Source: Tricharina praecox
Lineage: Eukaryota
Assembly (NCBI RefSeq): GCF_024521635.1
Contig: NW_026250407.1
Coordinates: forward strand, 558,001 to 622,000
Direction of reading: 5' to 3'
DNA length: 64,000 nt
Position numbers and translations under genes: made by a program. This document shows positions 1 to 12,630 of this stretch, one piece after another (position 1 is the stretch's first letter; each line of letters starts with the position of its first letter). The notes under the pieces were generated by a model, which saw only the letters and a list, made by a program, of their open reading frames with translations, was not told the origin of the DNA and did not search any database.

Positions 1-1558
1 TACGCGGCAAAGAAGGCCGTGAGAATGTTGCCAACGATTCCGCCGACACCGTGCTCCGCAAAGATGTCAAGGGCATCGTCGACTCCAATGACGAACTTGA
101 GCTTGGTGGCATAGTTACATGCGGCTCCACCGACAACACCGTAGATGACAGCAGCCCACGGGGGAACCTAGGAATCCCGTTAGCCGTAATCCCGTAGTCT
201 CTTAGCTGCCGCGGGGGTAGCTAGGTACTCACGTATCCGGATCCGGGAGTGATGGCGACGAGTCCGGCAATGACACCGGAGCAGAATCCAACGGTCGACC
301 ACTTGTGCTCGAGACGGTAATCCAAAAGGCACCAAGTAATACCACCGACGGACGCCGACAAGTTGGTCACGAAAATGGCCATGACGGCACGCAGGTTCAT
401 GGCCAGTGCGCTTCCTCCGTTGAACCCGAACCATCCGACCCAGAGGAAAACGGTACCGAGAACGATGTGGGTGACATTGTGCGGGCGGTAGTTCAGTTCG
501 TGGGTTCCGTGGCCACGGCGCTTGCCGAGCATCAACGAGTAGGCTAGGGCCGCACATCCGGACGAGATGTGCACGGGCGTTCCACCGGCGAAGTCGAGGC
601 CTCCCATCTTGAAGGACCATCCGGCAGGGTTCCATGTCCAACAGGCGATCGGATCGTAGATCAGGGTGGCCCAAACGAACATGAAGACGACGCAAGGCAA
701 CATCCGACCGCGCTCAGCTGCGGCACCGATGGCAAGGGCCACACTATAATGCGGTTTCCCCCATGGTCAGCGACCGCAACCGCAATGATTCATTGGGGGA
801 GGGGGGAGGGGGCTACTCGGTCTAGGTATAGTACGTACGTGATGGCCGAAAACATGCCTTGGTAGGCGGCGAACAAAAGGTCGGGGACCTTGGAACTCCC
901 GACCGACGGCGCACCGAGGACATTTCGGAATCCGAAGTTGTCGAGGTTCCCAAGGAACTTGCCAGCGGAGTGACTGAAAGCGAGAGAGTATCCCCAGAAG
1001 AACCACTATCGGGCCACGAGGATGGCAGGAGCGCCAAGCAATCAGCAATTGAAATTCCATCTCAACCGGCGACAGTCTTTTTTCTTTTCTTTTTCTTTTT
1101 CCTTTCTTTCTTTCCCATTACGAGAGAATAATTCAAATTAGGTGCGGCTCCTTCCCAACCTACCTGAAAACTAACGACGGCAGTCGACATCATTGACAGC
1201 CATATAAGCGACAGGGCCGACTTTCTCCTTGCGAGGCCCGAGTAGAAGAAGCCTACGCCGGGAATCATCAACAGCACCAGCGCTGTCGACACCACGATCC
1301 AGGCCATATCGCCAGTCTATCGCACCACCGCACAAAACGCGCTGTCAACGTTCCGTGTCTCGCGCCGACCTCTCTCTCTCTCTAAAAGAGCGCAATGCAG
1401 AGAGGAGGGGGGAGGGGAAGAGCCGTGGCATCGGGAATACATACCTGGTACCAGACATTTAAGTCCTCGGTCAAAGAGTCGCCGCCAGTTTCGGTGTTTG
1501 AGCCATCGAATGCGTGCACGAGCGGAACATAGGGCAGTCCGGTGTATTCGGCGGCCAT
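1..1558 (-). CDS. Ammonium transporter (Amt/Mep family), multi-exon, 3' end beyond window
   Basis: ATG at 1558 (MAAEYTGLP...DSLTEDLNVWYQ). Exons give GDMAWIVVSTALVLLMIPGVGFFYSGLARRKSAL, DFAGGTPVHISSG, LWVGWFGFNGGS and GLVAITPGSG, all Amt/Mep motifs; GT..AG introns with CTRAY branch sites. Confidence 0.95.
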
Positions 1559-1576
1559 GGTGAATGATTTTCGCCC

Positions 1577-1581
<5 letters not shown>

Positions 1582-1614
<33 letters not shown>

Positions 1615-1678
1615 GTCACAGTCACAGTCACAGTCTCAGTCTCTCAGTCTCTCTCTCTTTCTCTCTTTGTCTCTCTCA
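1582..1678. repeat. (CT)n plus (CACAGT)n compound microsatellite just upstream of the transporter ATG
   Basis: Direct reading: ctctctct..., cacagt x3-4, ctcagt repeats. Confidence 0.9.
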
Positions 1679-3557
1679 GTGGTCTGTCGGTCCGTCTCTC
1701 GGTGTTTCCTCTCGGAGTGTGTGTGTGAATGTGTGTGTGTTGTATCTGGCTGGCGGATCGAAAGCAACGGACGGACGGAATTAATTTTTTTCTTCGTTGC
1801 TGTCGTCGTCGGTGCGGCAAATAGACGTTGAAGCGTGGGATGATGCGATGGGGTAATAGAAATCCGAAGGAGGAGGGTGGTGGTGTTGGTGGTGGTAGTG
1901 GGAGGGTTCAGTTGAGTTTAAGGAACGGCAGGCACAAATGGCAAATGGCACGCGGGAGTTGAGTAAGAGGTAAGAGGAATGTGTGGAGGGGTTGAGGCAT
2001 GCAGGCAGCCGGGGGGGGGGAGAGGGAGCTCATGCGCTATTAAAGGATGCTGAGCGAAGGAGTGGTTCGGAGTACATGGAAGCATACACACTGCGCACTT
2101 TGGGTGCCCCCCCTCCCCCCAAGGCTCGGAAGGTGAGATAAATAGTAGATGGATACTTCTCGCATGGGATGGGAAGTTGTAAGTACTAGTGATAGCACAT
2201 ACCGACACCGATAGTTGCCTGGGGTGGGGATGAGTTGGGGTGCAAGGTCAGCAACCCAATGGGGGAAGGTGAGGGGTGAGGCGATGCAGAGTCGGAATCA
2301 GGGAGGCTCAGGCTTGTATGTAGAGTAGAGTAGGCAAGAAGCAAGTACTTTGTTAGGATATAGTAGTTTCGACGGATTGTGCTAGGTGTGTAGATAGTAG
2401 GATGATGAAGAGTACGGCACAGACTCACGAGCCGAAGGAGGCACGTTTCCAGTGCCCACACGACTCCATTGACGGCTCCGAATGAGCGACGGAGGGTTCC
2501 TTTTTCGCTTCAGCTTCACCTTCTTCGCCTCCACAACTCTAGGTACTAGTTGATACTCGGTGCTCACTCGGCTCACACTAACTAGCCCCACGGTTCCTTT
2601 TTGTCTGGGCGTGGGATGGAGTTGGGTCGCTTGGTGCGGTCTCCCCACGTCGCCGATGAGCAGCGAGATTAGGACCCTGCCTGCCCGGACCGAGAGAAGC
2701 GATACCGAGACGAAGCGGTGCGCTCTAGGGAGATATATACTAGTAACCATAGTTAGTGGTTATGTAGGTACATATTCGGAAGCGCCATCTACGGTATGTA
2801 TCTAGTCGACACGATCGTCTTCGTACCGGTAGTCTTCTTAGAAGCACAGCAGCACAGCAGCAGTAGCAAAGAAGACCCATGAGAAGAACGAGAAGAAGCA
2901 ACCACACAACCACAAAGATTTCCGGGGAAGGATGGATACCGTACATGCCAAACACATGCACGAGAACCCACCTTACATACCCAACCTACCTGCAGTATTT
3001 GGCGCCGGTTGTGGGACTGTGGGACACTGGAAGTCTGGGACGGACAGGGCAGGGTCCACGGCTACGGGAGGCCACGGAATAACAAAATCCAAGCAAGTAC
3101 CGGTAGATACTTAGGCAGGTACAAAGGTATCATCTTTCTCGAACAAAGACTCAAGAGAGAGAGGCCTAGCCCAGGCCCCACAGGACCTTGACCGGCCCGA
3201 TATGCAGCATCGGTATTGCCGTGAGTGAGTGATGAGTGAGTGACGAGTGAGGATCTTCGACATAACTATGATACCTTCGGCACACACAAGTTATGTACAC
3301 TGTACACTACAACACGTCCGTCAAGGCAAGACTTTACCGGCTCGTATCCATCAGACATATTCGACCGATACACTTGCTCCACGCACGGCGTATGTACAGG
3401 CCCCCTGTGACTGTCAGATCACCGTGCCCATGTATGTACCATATGTACCATTCATACATACGCCATTCTCGCCCGTGCCCTTCGATTTGCCGCCGTCAAC
3501 GCCGCCTGGGATTCATCTACCAGGTAACTATAGATACGTACTCTACTCTACACACCG

Positions 3558-3602
3558 TGTGCTGTGCTGTGCTGTGCTGTGCTGTGCTGTGCTGTGCTGT
3601 GC
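3558..3602. repeat. (GTGCT)n pentanucleotide microsatellite, ~9 copies
   Basis: gtgctgtgctgtgct... read directly. Confidence 0.9.
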
Positions 3603-6600
3603 CCCACTGCCTACTGGTTAACTATTGGTAGGAAGTATTTATGATGCACAACAGCGTCGTTTACTCTACTCTAAAAGACTGAAACCTCCTCGCTCCTCGA
3701 CGACTCGGACCGACTCCTGTGATAGTGGTATAGTAGTATATCAAATTGCGGAGCGGAAATTAGCCACCGCGTGCCAATGGAGGATCGTGGCCGGGGGTGT
3801 TTTATATTCTTTCGTTTTTTGCCGTGACCTTTTGCGCCTGGCTTGGTAGTTACTCTACCTGGACACTCTATCTTGTTGGTGTTTGGTGGTTGGTGGCTGG
3901 GGGGGGGTGCAACATCTCTCGGATCCTCTGGAGTCTGGTCTGGCGTTCTTTCTTTATCGCCTGTCAGTCGACCCGGGTGTCCCAGAGATAAGGGATAATT
4001 GGTTCGGCACGCTAGTTACTACTAGCACTAGTATGATAGTATGGTATGGATGGCATGGGATGGTCTCCCGGTCCCCAGCCTGGTTGCTTTGCTGCTACGG
4101 TACAGACCTGGTCTCGAAGACTTGCATCCACTCGAGGACGAAAGTCCATATCCTTTCTTTTTGTTTGTTTCGTCTCGATAGGTACCTTGCTTCTTCCCTT
4201 CTTTCGCTTCTTCATCTTCCGCCTCATCTTCATCTTCTACATATTGCAGTGCTCTCGCCCGATAGCTCGCGCGCCTTGCAGACAGAGGAGTATTACATGC
4301 GTGTCTGTATGTGTGTGTGTGTGTAGGAAATTTGGCGATGCTGCAGCGTGCACTTCAGCCGCGCCGCCAGGGCTGGGAGTTCTCAGCATGCAGCATGGTT
4401 ACCTACAGGCTGGTAGGAATGTATTGTACGTAGCCTGCAGATTTGTTGCAGTGTTGCTTTGTACTATCGAACGAGCAATAGCAGACTCTAGAGTAGGTAT
4501 AAATCGAAGGACGTTTGTTTTTGGAATCTGCAAGAGCTGCCTGCTCTTGCACAGTGCAGGCTGGAATGAAGCGCAGGGCAGGCTGTTGTTGTAGTTCGTG
4601 AGGCGCGGGAAGCTCTTTGATATCCAGGTAGAATACCGTCGGATCGAGCCTGTACTCTTAGCACCTACCTACTCGAAGATTCTTGGTTGCCGCCGCCCAG
4701 TGATCCGGTGAGAGATCCACCGCCAGTCCACCGCCAGTCCACCTAGTCCACGACGATACCGGCAGGTATCCAAACAAGCCACCACTCGGATCCAGTGTCC
4801 ACGCATTTCTTTCCTCCCAGTAAAAACCAGTGGGCGCTCGGGCTATCGGCCGTTGGTTCACCCATCACCCATCATCAATCGCCCGCCCTCGTTTCTGCAT
4901 CGTGCGAATCGGAAAGCTTCCTCGGCACCGGAAAGAAGTGTTGGAACTTGGAAGGGTGGCGCACCGCACGAATAACAAGTGCAAATGCAACTGTTTCGGT
5001 CCGCGGCGAAATCGATGTGTAGGTAGGGCACTGGTGGACAGTGGAGGTAGGTAAATACCAACCCACTCAACTCAACTCCTTCTAATCCGGTGCCCGAGTC
5101 CTCGGAGAGTTGGAACCCCAGTCCCAATCCCAGTCCCATCCATCCATCCACCGCAAACCACCACATGTAACTAGAGTACTTCCGCCTCTATACCTACCTA
5201 CCCAGTCGTTCCAACTTCCAACCTTGAAATCGGCCACATCCGGCCCCATACGGCCCCCGGAAGGGAAGGGAAGGGAAGGGATGCGTTGCCATTCTGTTAA
5301 CTGTCCAGTGAGCACCGTCCAGTGAAAAGAAAAAAGATGCACGTATCATACGCAATCCATGGTCCGATTTTCCTGCACAGTGCCTCTGTGCGAAACGGAA
5401 TCTCCCAGGGATGTCGCCGCCACCAGCGCGCATAGAGTATGTACCTAGAATCCTAGGTGAAGGGAAGGGAAGGGAAGGGAAAGAGAAGGGAAGGGAAGGG
5501 GACGGATGCTGTAGAGTATGTAACGATCCTCATACGCGGATACCTATGCTAGGATCCTTCCACTACCCTCCCACCCCTGGGTGTGATCGGTTGTCAAGTA
5601 TGTACACATGTATTGTACACATGTACACATGTACTTGGGTAACTATGTAGGTGGTCTGCCGTTAAGTGTCAGCTAGCTGTGCCGCTCTCGGAGTAAAGTA
5701 CCGGTACGGGACGTTCCTTTCTTCCAGCTGTACCACTGTCTATAGTAGAGTACCGGTATGTACATACTACATATTTTCCTTTGATATCCTCTTGGATGGA
5801 ATCGCACGCCGTTTGGCCAAGAGAGTGGCAGGTTGCTTCTTCCCGTTTTTCTTCTCTTCGGGTGGCCAGGTGGGGGTGAAGGCTGTTTTCTGGCTCGGTG
5901 ATTGATGAAGGAAGGCCTCCTACCTATAGCATTGATATGTATTTCCTCTGGGAAGCGGTATATATTCGCATACCTCAGCCTTGACCGTAAACGAGTCCGA
6001 TAGATATCCAGTTAGTTAGCTCGGTAACTTACCGGCAACATCGGTGAGAGAGCTTGAAGCCGCGAGAGGGATCATTCAACAGCAGTGGGTATCACTCATG
6101 TCTCGCGCCAACCTCGGCAACTGTTTTGCATCCCATCCCTTTGCAAGCGACTGAGTCTGCAAGGCACCATTCAGCCGTAACGTAGTTAGAGTAGAATAAC
6201 CACAGCGCCGCGAGTCCCCAACCGACCGACGCACCCGCTGCTTCGCGTACGTACGCACGTACATGCCTATCCGAAGGCAGCGAGAGAAGACATTGGTATG
6301 TATGTTTTAGATTTCCCGGTCCCTGGACATCGAACAGCGGCCGGCTAGGAAGTATCTAGGTATCTATCTCTTCGCCTTTCGGAGCAGCTACATGCTTCCT
6401 AATTTCTCACCTGTCATTTCAGCGGAGCATGATTGTTTCTGGAATCTGGACAGTGGACACCTGCCTTCTCCGGGGGGCTTTCAAAGTTGCGGTCTTGGCT
6501 ACATACTCTGACAGAAAACAAAAGGGGCGGGAGAGCTTCCGCCCTGCACGGAAGCTGGAGTCTGTGATATGTATGAACGTCACATTCATAGGATCGCTTG

Positions 6601-7209
6601 AGCCGGTGTGTACCTACCAGTAGTACCCACTTACCCAGGTAGCTGCCGCGCCGGGCGGAGGGAACAAGTAAAGGAACACGTGAGGTCTTGGATTCCATCC
6701 AGAGTAGGTAGCATCTTAACTCGTCTACTTGGCGTTAGACGGCGTCGCATTGGGTCACTCCGCACCGAGACATCTCACTCGGTAGTATGGGGTATGTAGA
6801 GTACTCCTAGAATGACCACCTATCGAAAATCGGCACTATGTTCGTTTGGTCCTTCGGCGGCGGTGCCGATAGGTAGGTATCTCTGGAGAGTTCCGGAAGT
6901 TTCACAATCTACCTAGACACTAGAGCACCAAAGTCAGCATCACCGTCCAGTGAGTTGCCCTAAATACCTACTTGTGGCATACCAGACATCACCGCATGCT
7001 GTTCGTCCGCGGCGGGGACGGAGATGGGGATGGGGGCGGGCAGTCATAGAGTCCACCTCCGGAACATCACCGGGTTGGCGGGTTAAATGGAGGCCCTGCA
7101 TACCCAGTTCCAACTACATACGGCATGTATCTTCTCGGCAGTAGTGGGGGTATGTATCACACGGCGTGCTATATATATAAAATCGTCCAGATAGAACCGC
7201 CATCGTGTG

Positions 7210-8013
7210 TAGTGCAGGCAACAGCCCGAAAAGCCCATGGGCTGGGCTGGGGCTGGTGGGCTGATCTGATAGCCCGGGCTGGCGCCGATGGGCTGGCAGC
7301 CCAGCCCGGGCTATCAGTTGGGCTGGGCGGGCTGGATCCTAGAGTTGATAGGGTAACACCACGACAATAGATAGGACACAGGCTCACGCCGGCGAGACGA
7401 AGTTGTTTGGTAGGCAGCGTCGCCACAACGTGCTGGCCGATAGTGGGGTCCTAACCCCCGGCCGGTCAGAGTGGGCAGGAAAGGAGTGCGACGGTTCACC
7501 ATAGTCTAGATAGGCTGCATGCGAAATAAACTGAAGATCTCTCTCTCCCGAAGGACTGAAGAAAGAGTACTATATTGAGTGTTCATAGGAAACAGGCCCG
7601 CGCCGGCAGCGCCCTCAAGAAAGACAGAAAATGACAGAAGAAAGAATAGAGAATTTCCATGCTTGTAAACGAAAGAAATTAACTTCTGCTTACTACTTGG
7701 GCTGCTACGTGGTGTGAGATTTATGCTCTCAGTTGCGTCTGACATCTGATTGAGGGTTTTGTGGGGGGTGATTCTTTTGCGGGAGGCGATTGTTGCAGGA
7801 GGCGATTTGTTGAGGGTGGTGACTTTATTGCGGACGATAATCCTGTTGCGGTTGTTGTTGGGATACAGGATGTGGCCGTGCCGGATTACCCTCGACGACG
7901 ATACTAGCAGACGTATCATTGGAACTCACTCGCCCCAGCCCACCAGCCCGGGCTGGGCTACACGCGCCGGGCTGCGGGCTGGCTTTGTTTGGGCTGGGCT
8001 GTTGCCTGCACTG
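7210..8013. mobile_element. Non-autonomous hAT-superfamily DNA transposon (MITE-like)
   Basis: Left end tAGTGCAGGCAACAGCCC, right end GGGCTGTTGCCTGCACTg (17-bp perfect inverted repeat). Identical 8-bp flanks ATCGTGTG at 7202-7209 and 8014-8021. Many subterminal GGGCTG/CAGCCC motifs. An 8-bp TSD with YAG termini is typical of hAT. Confidence 0.88.
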
Positions 8014-9845
8014 ATCGTGTGTAGGTAATCGTACTTCGTCCTATGTTTTAGCCCAAGCTGCTTCGAGTTACGCCGGGACTGATGTGAGATGTTTGGCGTT
8101 GCGATGTTTCGGAGCACAGCAATAATCGGCCAAGAACACCGAGCTCAAACCCGAAGGCGGATGGCTCGGAGTGGCTGTGACGGTAGTGAAATCGAAGTGG
8201 TGGATGCTGTCTAAACTCTGGAGCGGGCGGGAAGAGGTGACGACAATGATGTAGGAGGTAGGTCGTCGTTGCATGCTCCGGTGTAGGAAGTACCGGTATG
8301 TACTGTACTCTAGGTTCTCGTTGACGTCCACAAGCCAACCACACCGAAGCATCCGGAAAACTATAACTATGGCGTAACTAACCCGTACCGTACAAACCTT
8401 CTCAGTGGCCAACTGATCCGGAGAGATCGTAAACTCTACATCCACGAGCCAAAGTCATCATCCTCTCGGACTCCACCACCACCCTCGCGCACAACAACAA
8501 GCGCCAAGCGCGAGAGGCAGCCTGCAGTGCTTGAATGCTGGCGCTAAGTTAGCTCCCGCTTTGGTTAGCGGTAGTCTGTGCTTTATTTCTGTGCAACTCC
8601 GGAGTCTTGCCGGCGGATGAGCTTCGATCTGTTGATACGGTATCGATCGTGGCTTGTCCGGGCCGAGATGCAATGCCACGAGATGGACGTGCAACGTGCA
8701 ACTTGTAACGGTGCAAGCAGATGGGCTGGAGTCTCACCTATCAATAGTTACCAGCTTACTATGCACTATATACCATCCCAAGATACTCTACATGACAGCG
8801 TACTGGTCTACCAGGTTGTAAGCCGACGGGGGGTGGGACACTGTGTTGAATCAACCGAACGTCGCCAAAATAACGTACATTTAAGCCCAAGTGCCACGAT
8901 GGATGTCTAAATGTCTTCACATCTTTAAATTATAGACTTCACACCGGTAGGAAACCTTGGTCCCACCCGGATCGCCGGTGCACTGCGACCGAGTCCCCCG
9001 CTCCGGACGACATTCTAGATACCCACCCATACACTGTTCTGGAACCGTGAATCTCGGCACGGTGATTGCAAATCGACGTCGCGTCCGCTTACTGGTAATG
9101 CTTCTAATATTCCTTATTTAAACCCTGCCTTGCTGTTGTGCTACATGAAGCTTCTAACAAACGACACTGCAGGTCTTCGATCAGTGGAGTTTGCAAGATC
9201 CGAGTCCCTATCGCTCGGAGGCTTAAGTGGTCCGATAGCTACAATACGACGAGACGGATCTGCTAGAGTCTGGTGACACCGCCGTTCCAGACTCCTATAT
9301 ATCACGCAATTCGGAACTCGGTATCCTCCGTCGAAGCAGATCGGAGGAATTATCTGCTCAATACCCGGTTTGGTTCGGTTGTTCATGCCTTTCTCATAGT
9401 CTCGCACTCGTTTTTGGATGTCCAGTACCCACTCCCGGACCACGGTTTCCGCAATTAACGTGCAGCATAATCACCTCAGCAGTCTCATGACCTCCAGCAT
9501 GTCCAGAAGTCTACCCACGTATTCCTGCAGACCCGCAGCTCTCACGGTATATTCTCACCACCTCCACCCTGGAAGATCAAGAAGCCGACCCCAGCGCTGC
9601 GTATCGGATGCGTGGATGAATCGGTACGATGATGCGTTCTTGCGTACGCACGAGAATTCGCTCGCCATGTCGGCCCCTAAGTTTGGAATCTTCTAGGCTT
9701 CAGGCTCCAGTGGTGGAGACAACTGAGTCTGCGGAGGATCAAAGCCTCGATTGCAAGCATGTCCGGTGGCGACACATGCCAGGGCATGGATGGCTAAATA
9801 TGTACGCAGATCTCGGATACATCACGGGATGATTGACATCTAGAA

Positions 9846-10042
9846 TGTGGAAACGAGCGTGTTTCTGGTGAGTAGCCCACTAGCCGTTCGGAGGACCGGT
9901 GGTGGGTGCTTGGAATAGGTATCCGGTGCGGTAGCGGGTCTAAGTTTGGGTTTCTTTCTCTCTCCTCTACACCCGAACATACCACTCCACATCTCTCCAT
10001 CTCGATCGTTCCGGTAAATCACCTCCACGAGTCCTTCCAGCA
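9846..10042 (+). repeat. 5' LTR of copia element
   Basis: TGTGGAAACGAGCGTGTTTCTGGTGAG...GTCCTTCCAGCA; aligns by eye to 11653-11869. Confidence 0.8.
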
Positions 10043-10180
10043 GGTTACGAGCCCGGCGCTCTACTCGCGCACCTGACCTTCGCTTCGGATTCTAGACTCG
10101 GCCTCTACCTCCGAGCAGACGAGCAGACGAGCAGACGACCAACTCCACAAAGAGCCGTGTCGTTCCAACCCTCTACAGCG

Positions 10181-11614
10181 ATGAACGACCATCTGTAGAC
10201 AACATTTGGCATCGCCAAGTTAAATGGCACCAACTACAAAAGATGGGCATCCGAAATTGGCCTGGTTTTTCGAGAGAAGATGTGCTGGAGAATCCTTACA
10301 GGTGAAGAGGACGAACCAGAGAAGTCCCCGGCAACAGCCAAATCAACCGCTGAATGGAATTCCTGGTCCCAGCGTAAGCATCATGCTACGTCTACAATTC
10401 TCTTGTCCATGGACGAAGAAAGGCAGGAGGAGTACATGGACTATGAGGAACCTCAGGCGCTTTGGGAAAAGATCAAGGAAGACTATGTTACGATTAAGAA
10501 GAGTTACTTAACCATTCAGACAGAGCTTGCTAGCATTCGTCTTGAAGATCTGGGCAGCGTTAAAGCCTACGCTCGAAGTATCCAGCACGCGGTTAACCAG
10601 TTCAATCTTGCCGCAAAAGAGGATTCTGACAGGATGTCCAAAGAGGAGCATTCCTTCCATCTGCTCAAGGGTATTGACTCTTCCAGTGCAGGCTGGGATA
10701 CCACGGTACAGCTTATCGAAGACCGTATCGGATTCGAATCTCTGGACAAGAAGCCGGATGAAATCCTGCGAAAGCTGCTTGCATGAGAAGTTGCAATACG
10801 GAAGAACAAAGGCATCACACCTGATACGCTATTGTATGCCAAGGGGTCGAATCGATCAAGGAAGCAACCTGACAACAATCCAAAGAAGCTCTTGAAGTGC
10901 GCCTACTGCGAGCGAGCAGGCCACATCGTTTCGGACTGCTTTCGGAAGCAGCGAGGCGAGCCGATCACCGACAACCGGAAGCACAAGAATGGGAAGCCTG
11001 CCAACAAGGCTGGTACACAGTCAACAGCGAAGGCACATACAACTTCGGTGGTTCCCGAAGCGGTGTGGATGGCGAGTGACCCCAATGCCACTAACAGAGG
11101 CTGGGATTTCTACCTCGACAGTGCCTGCAGCACCCACGTTACCAGCCGCCGGGATGTGTTTGTTGAATACACTGAAATTCCGGAAGGGAAGCGGCCAGTA
11201 AAAGGATCCGAGGGTTCAGTCCTCTTCGCCCGTGGTCCAGGCAACATCAAACTCAGGATGCGACTGCCAAACAATACCAGTCAAGACGTGACAATCCGGA
11301 ATGTACTCTACGTACCAGGAAGTGCCAATTTGATCTCTCAAGGTATGCTCATGGAACTTGGCCTACGCATCGTTCCAGTCAATGGCTACGGTGTCAAAAT
11401 CTACAACCGCAACAATACCCGCTTGCTTGCCTGTGCTCCGCAGGTTGCCTGGATGTACCCGTTTGACCTGGTTTGGACTGGCAGAGATGTTGCGAGATCT
11501 GGATCTTCAACTCTTTCAGCTCTTAAAACTACTGCACAGACAAACGGGGGAGTCGCACAGCTACGCCTTGGGCCTCACTCCATTGCACACTTGGGATCTA
11601 GCCTCGCCACTTGA
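10181..11614 (+). pseudogene. Copia gag-protease pseudogene (integrase and RT missing)
   Basis: Single frame from ATG 10181 with in-frame stops TAG 10196-10198 and TGA 10784-10786. Motifs KLNGTNYKRW (gag N-terminus), CAYCERAGHIVSDC (CCHC knuckle), FYLDSACSTHVT (copia protease) and NVLYVPGSANLIS. Confidence 0.88.
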
Positions 11615-11652
11615 GATGATGAGATTTGGACGGCTACTGGCCTCTGGGGGAG

Positions 11653-11869
11653 TGGGGGAACGAGTGTGTTTCCGGTGAGTAGTCTACTAGCCGTTTGGAG
11701 GACCGGTGGTGGGTGCTTGGAATACCTATTTAGTGCTGTAGCGGGTCCAATTTTGAGTTTCTTTTCTCTCTCTCTCTCTTGTACCTGTAGCTCCTAGACC
11801 CGGACATACTACTTCACTTCTCTCCATCTCCGACCGTTCTAGTGAATACCACCACGGGTCCTTCCAAGG
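11653..11869 (+). repeat. 3' LTR of copia element
   Basis: TGGGGGAACGAGTGTGTTTCCGGTGAG...GTCCTTCCAAGG; has a ~20-nt CT-rich insertion relative to the 5' LTR; exact 3' end uncertain. Confidence 0.75.
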
Positions 11870-12556
11870 ACTAACAGATCAAACCTCCGTGCTGCCCAAT
11901 ACTGTATGGCATCAGAGATATCATGTGATGGTGGATGTTCAGCCTCTCTCAGTGCCAGAGCCCAGCGCTTCCTGTTCTAACGAGTCGAGTCAATCCTTCA
12001 CCATTGAATCTAGGTTGGGCTTGAGTATCAACTCTTGTGGCATAACGGCCACGGTAAGATGTCTCTAGTTGGTACCGATTCCACTCGACACAAAGTCAAT
12101 TGACCGTCGTCCGTCCAGTCCTCCAGTTTACCAGGACTGGAAGGCCACAGTCCTTCAAAGTAGCGGACTAGACTGAACCACGTCTGTCCGTCCCGTCCGG
12201 ACCCACGGTGCGAAATAGAAGCCGGGGGGCTTACCAGTTACCAGTTTACCACGGATACCGATATGTAGAATGTCAGCAGCCGGTCAACTTAGAGATAGCG
12301 CACTCGTGAGAGACGCAGAATGCACATTCCGCTGGACAACTGACAGTGCTTCGAGTGACATATCGTACAACTGCCACTGAATGACCCCAGCTACCACTTT
12401 TGCAGCTAAAAACAAGAGCGCTCAAGTAATGTTACAGCAGATGCCGTAGGGATCATTGCGGGTAGCATCGGCACGGGCCCCCCTCGCTGGTCGCTCTCTG
12501 GTTCTGCTCGTGGCGGAGATCCGCTAGATGCTCGGTGGAAGTAGGTAGGATGATCA

Positions 12557-12630
12557 GGAAATAGGATGCTTCGAAAGTAGGAGGCTTAGGAAGTAGGATG
12601 TTAGGGAAGTAGGATACTTGGGAAATACGG
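12557..12630. repeat. Degenerate 16-bp minisatellite (~4.5 copies, consensus GGAAGTAGGATGCTTN)
   Basis: ggaaataggatgcttc / gaaagtaggaggctta / ggaagtaggatgttag / ggaagtaggatacttg / ggaaatacgg. Confidence 0.7.

Larger units (their letters stand above)
9846..11869 (+). mobile_element. Internally deleted Ty1/copia LTR retrotransposon
   Basis: Two diverged ~200-bp direct repeats starting TG (9846-10042 and 11653-~11869). PBS-like GGTTACGAGCCC follows the 5' LTR and PPT-like GGGGGAG precedes the 3' LTR. A gag-protease frame lies between them. Confidence 0.88.

Noticed and set aside
1611..1635. Three CAGTCACA (Homol-D-like) motifs upstream of the transporter
   Set aside because: A by-product of a (CACAGT)n microsatellite; no independent support.
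4690..5050. CCAGTCCAC repeats with a distant GTGGACAGTGG, possible MITE
   Set aside because: No clean terminal inverted repeat or target-site duplication found.
9141..9700. Minus-strand open stretches that look like a decayed gene
   Set aside because: No recognisable motif and the frames do not join; would need BLASTX.
12060..12260. CCAGTCC/GGACTGG and TTACCAG repeats, possible transposon end
   Set aside because: No partner terminus or TSD identified.
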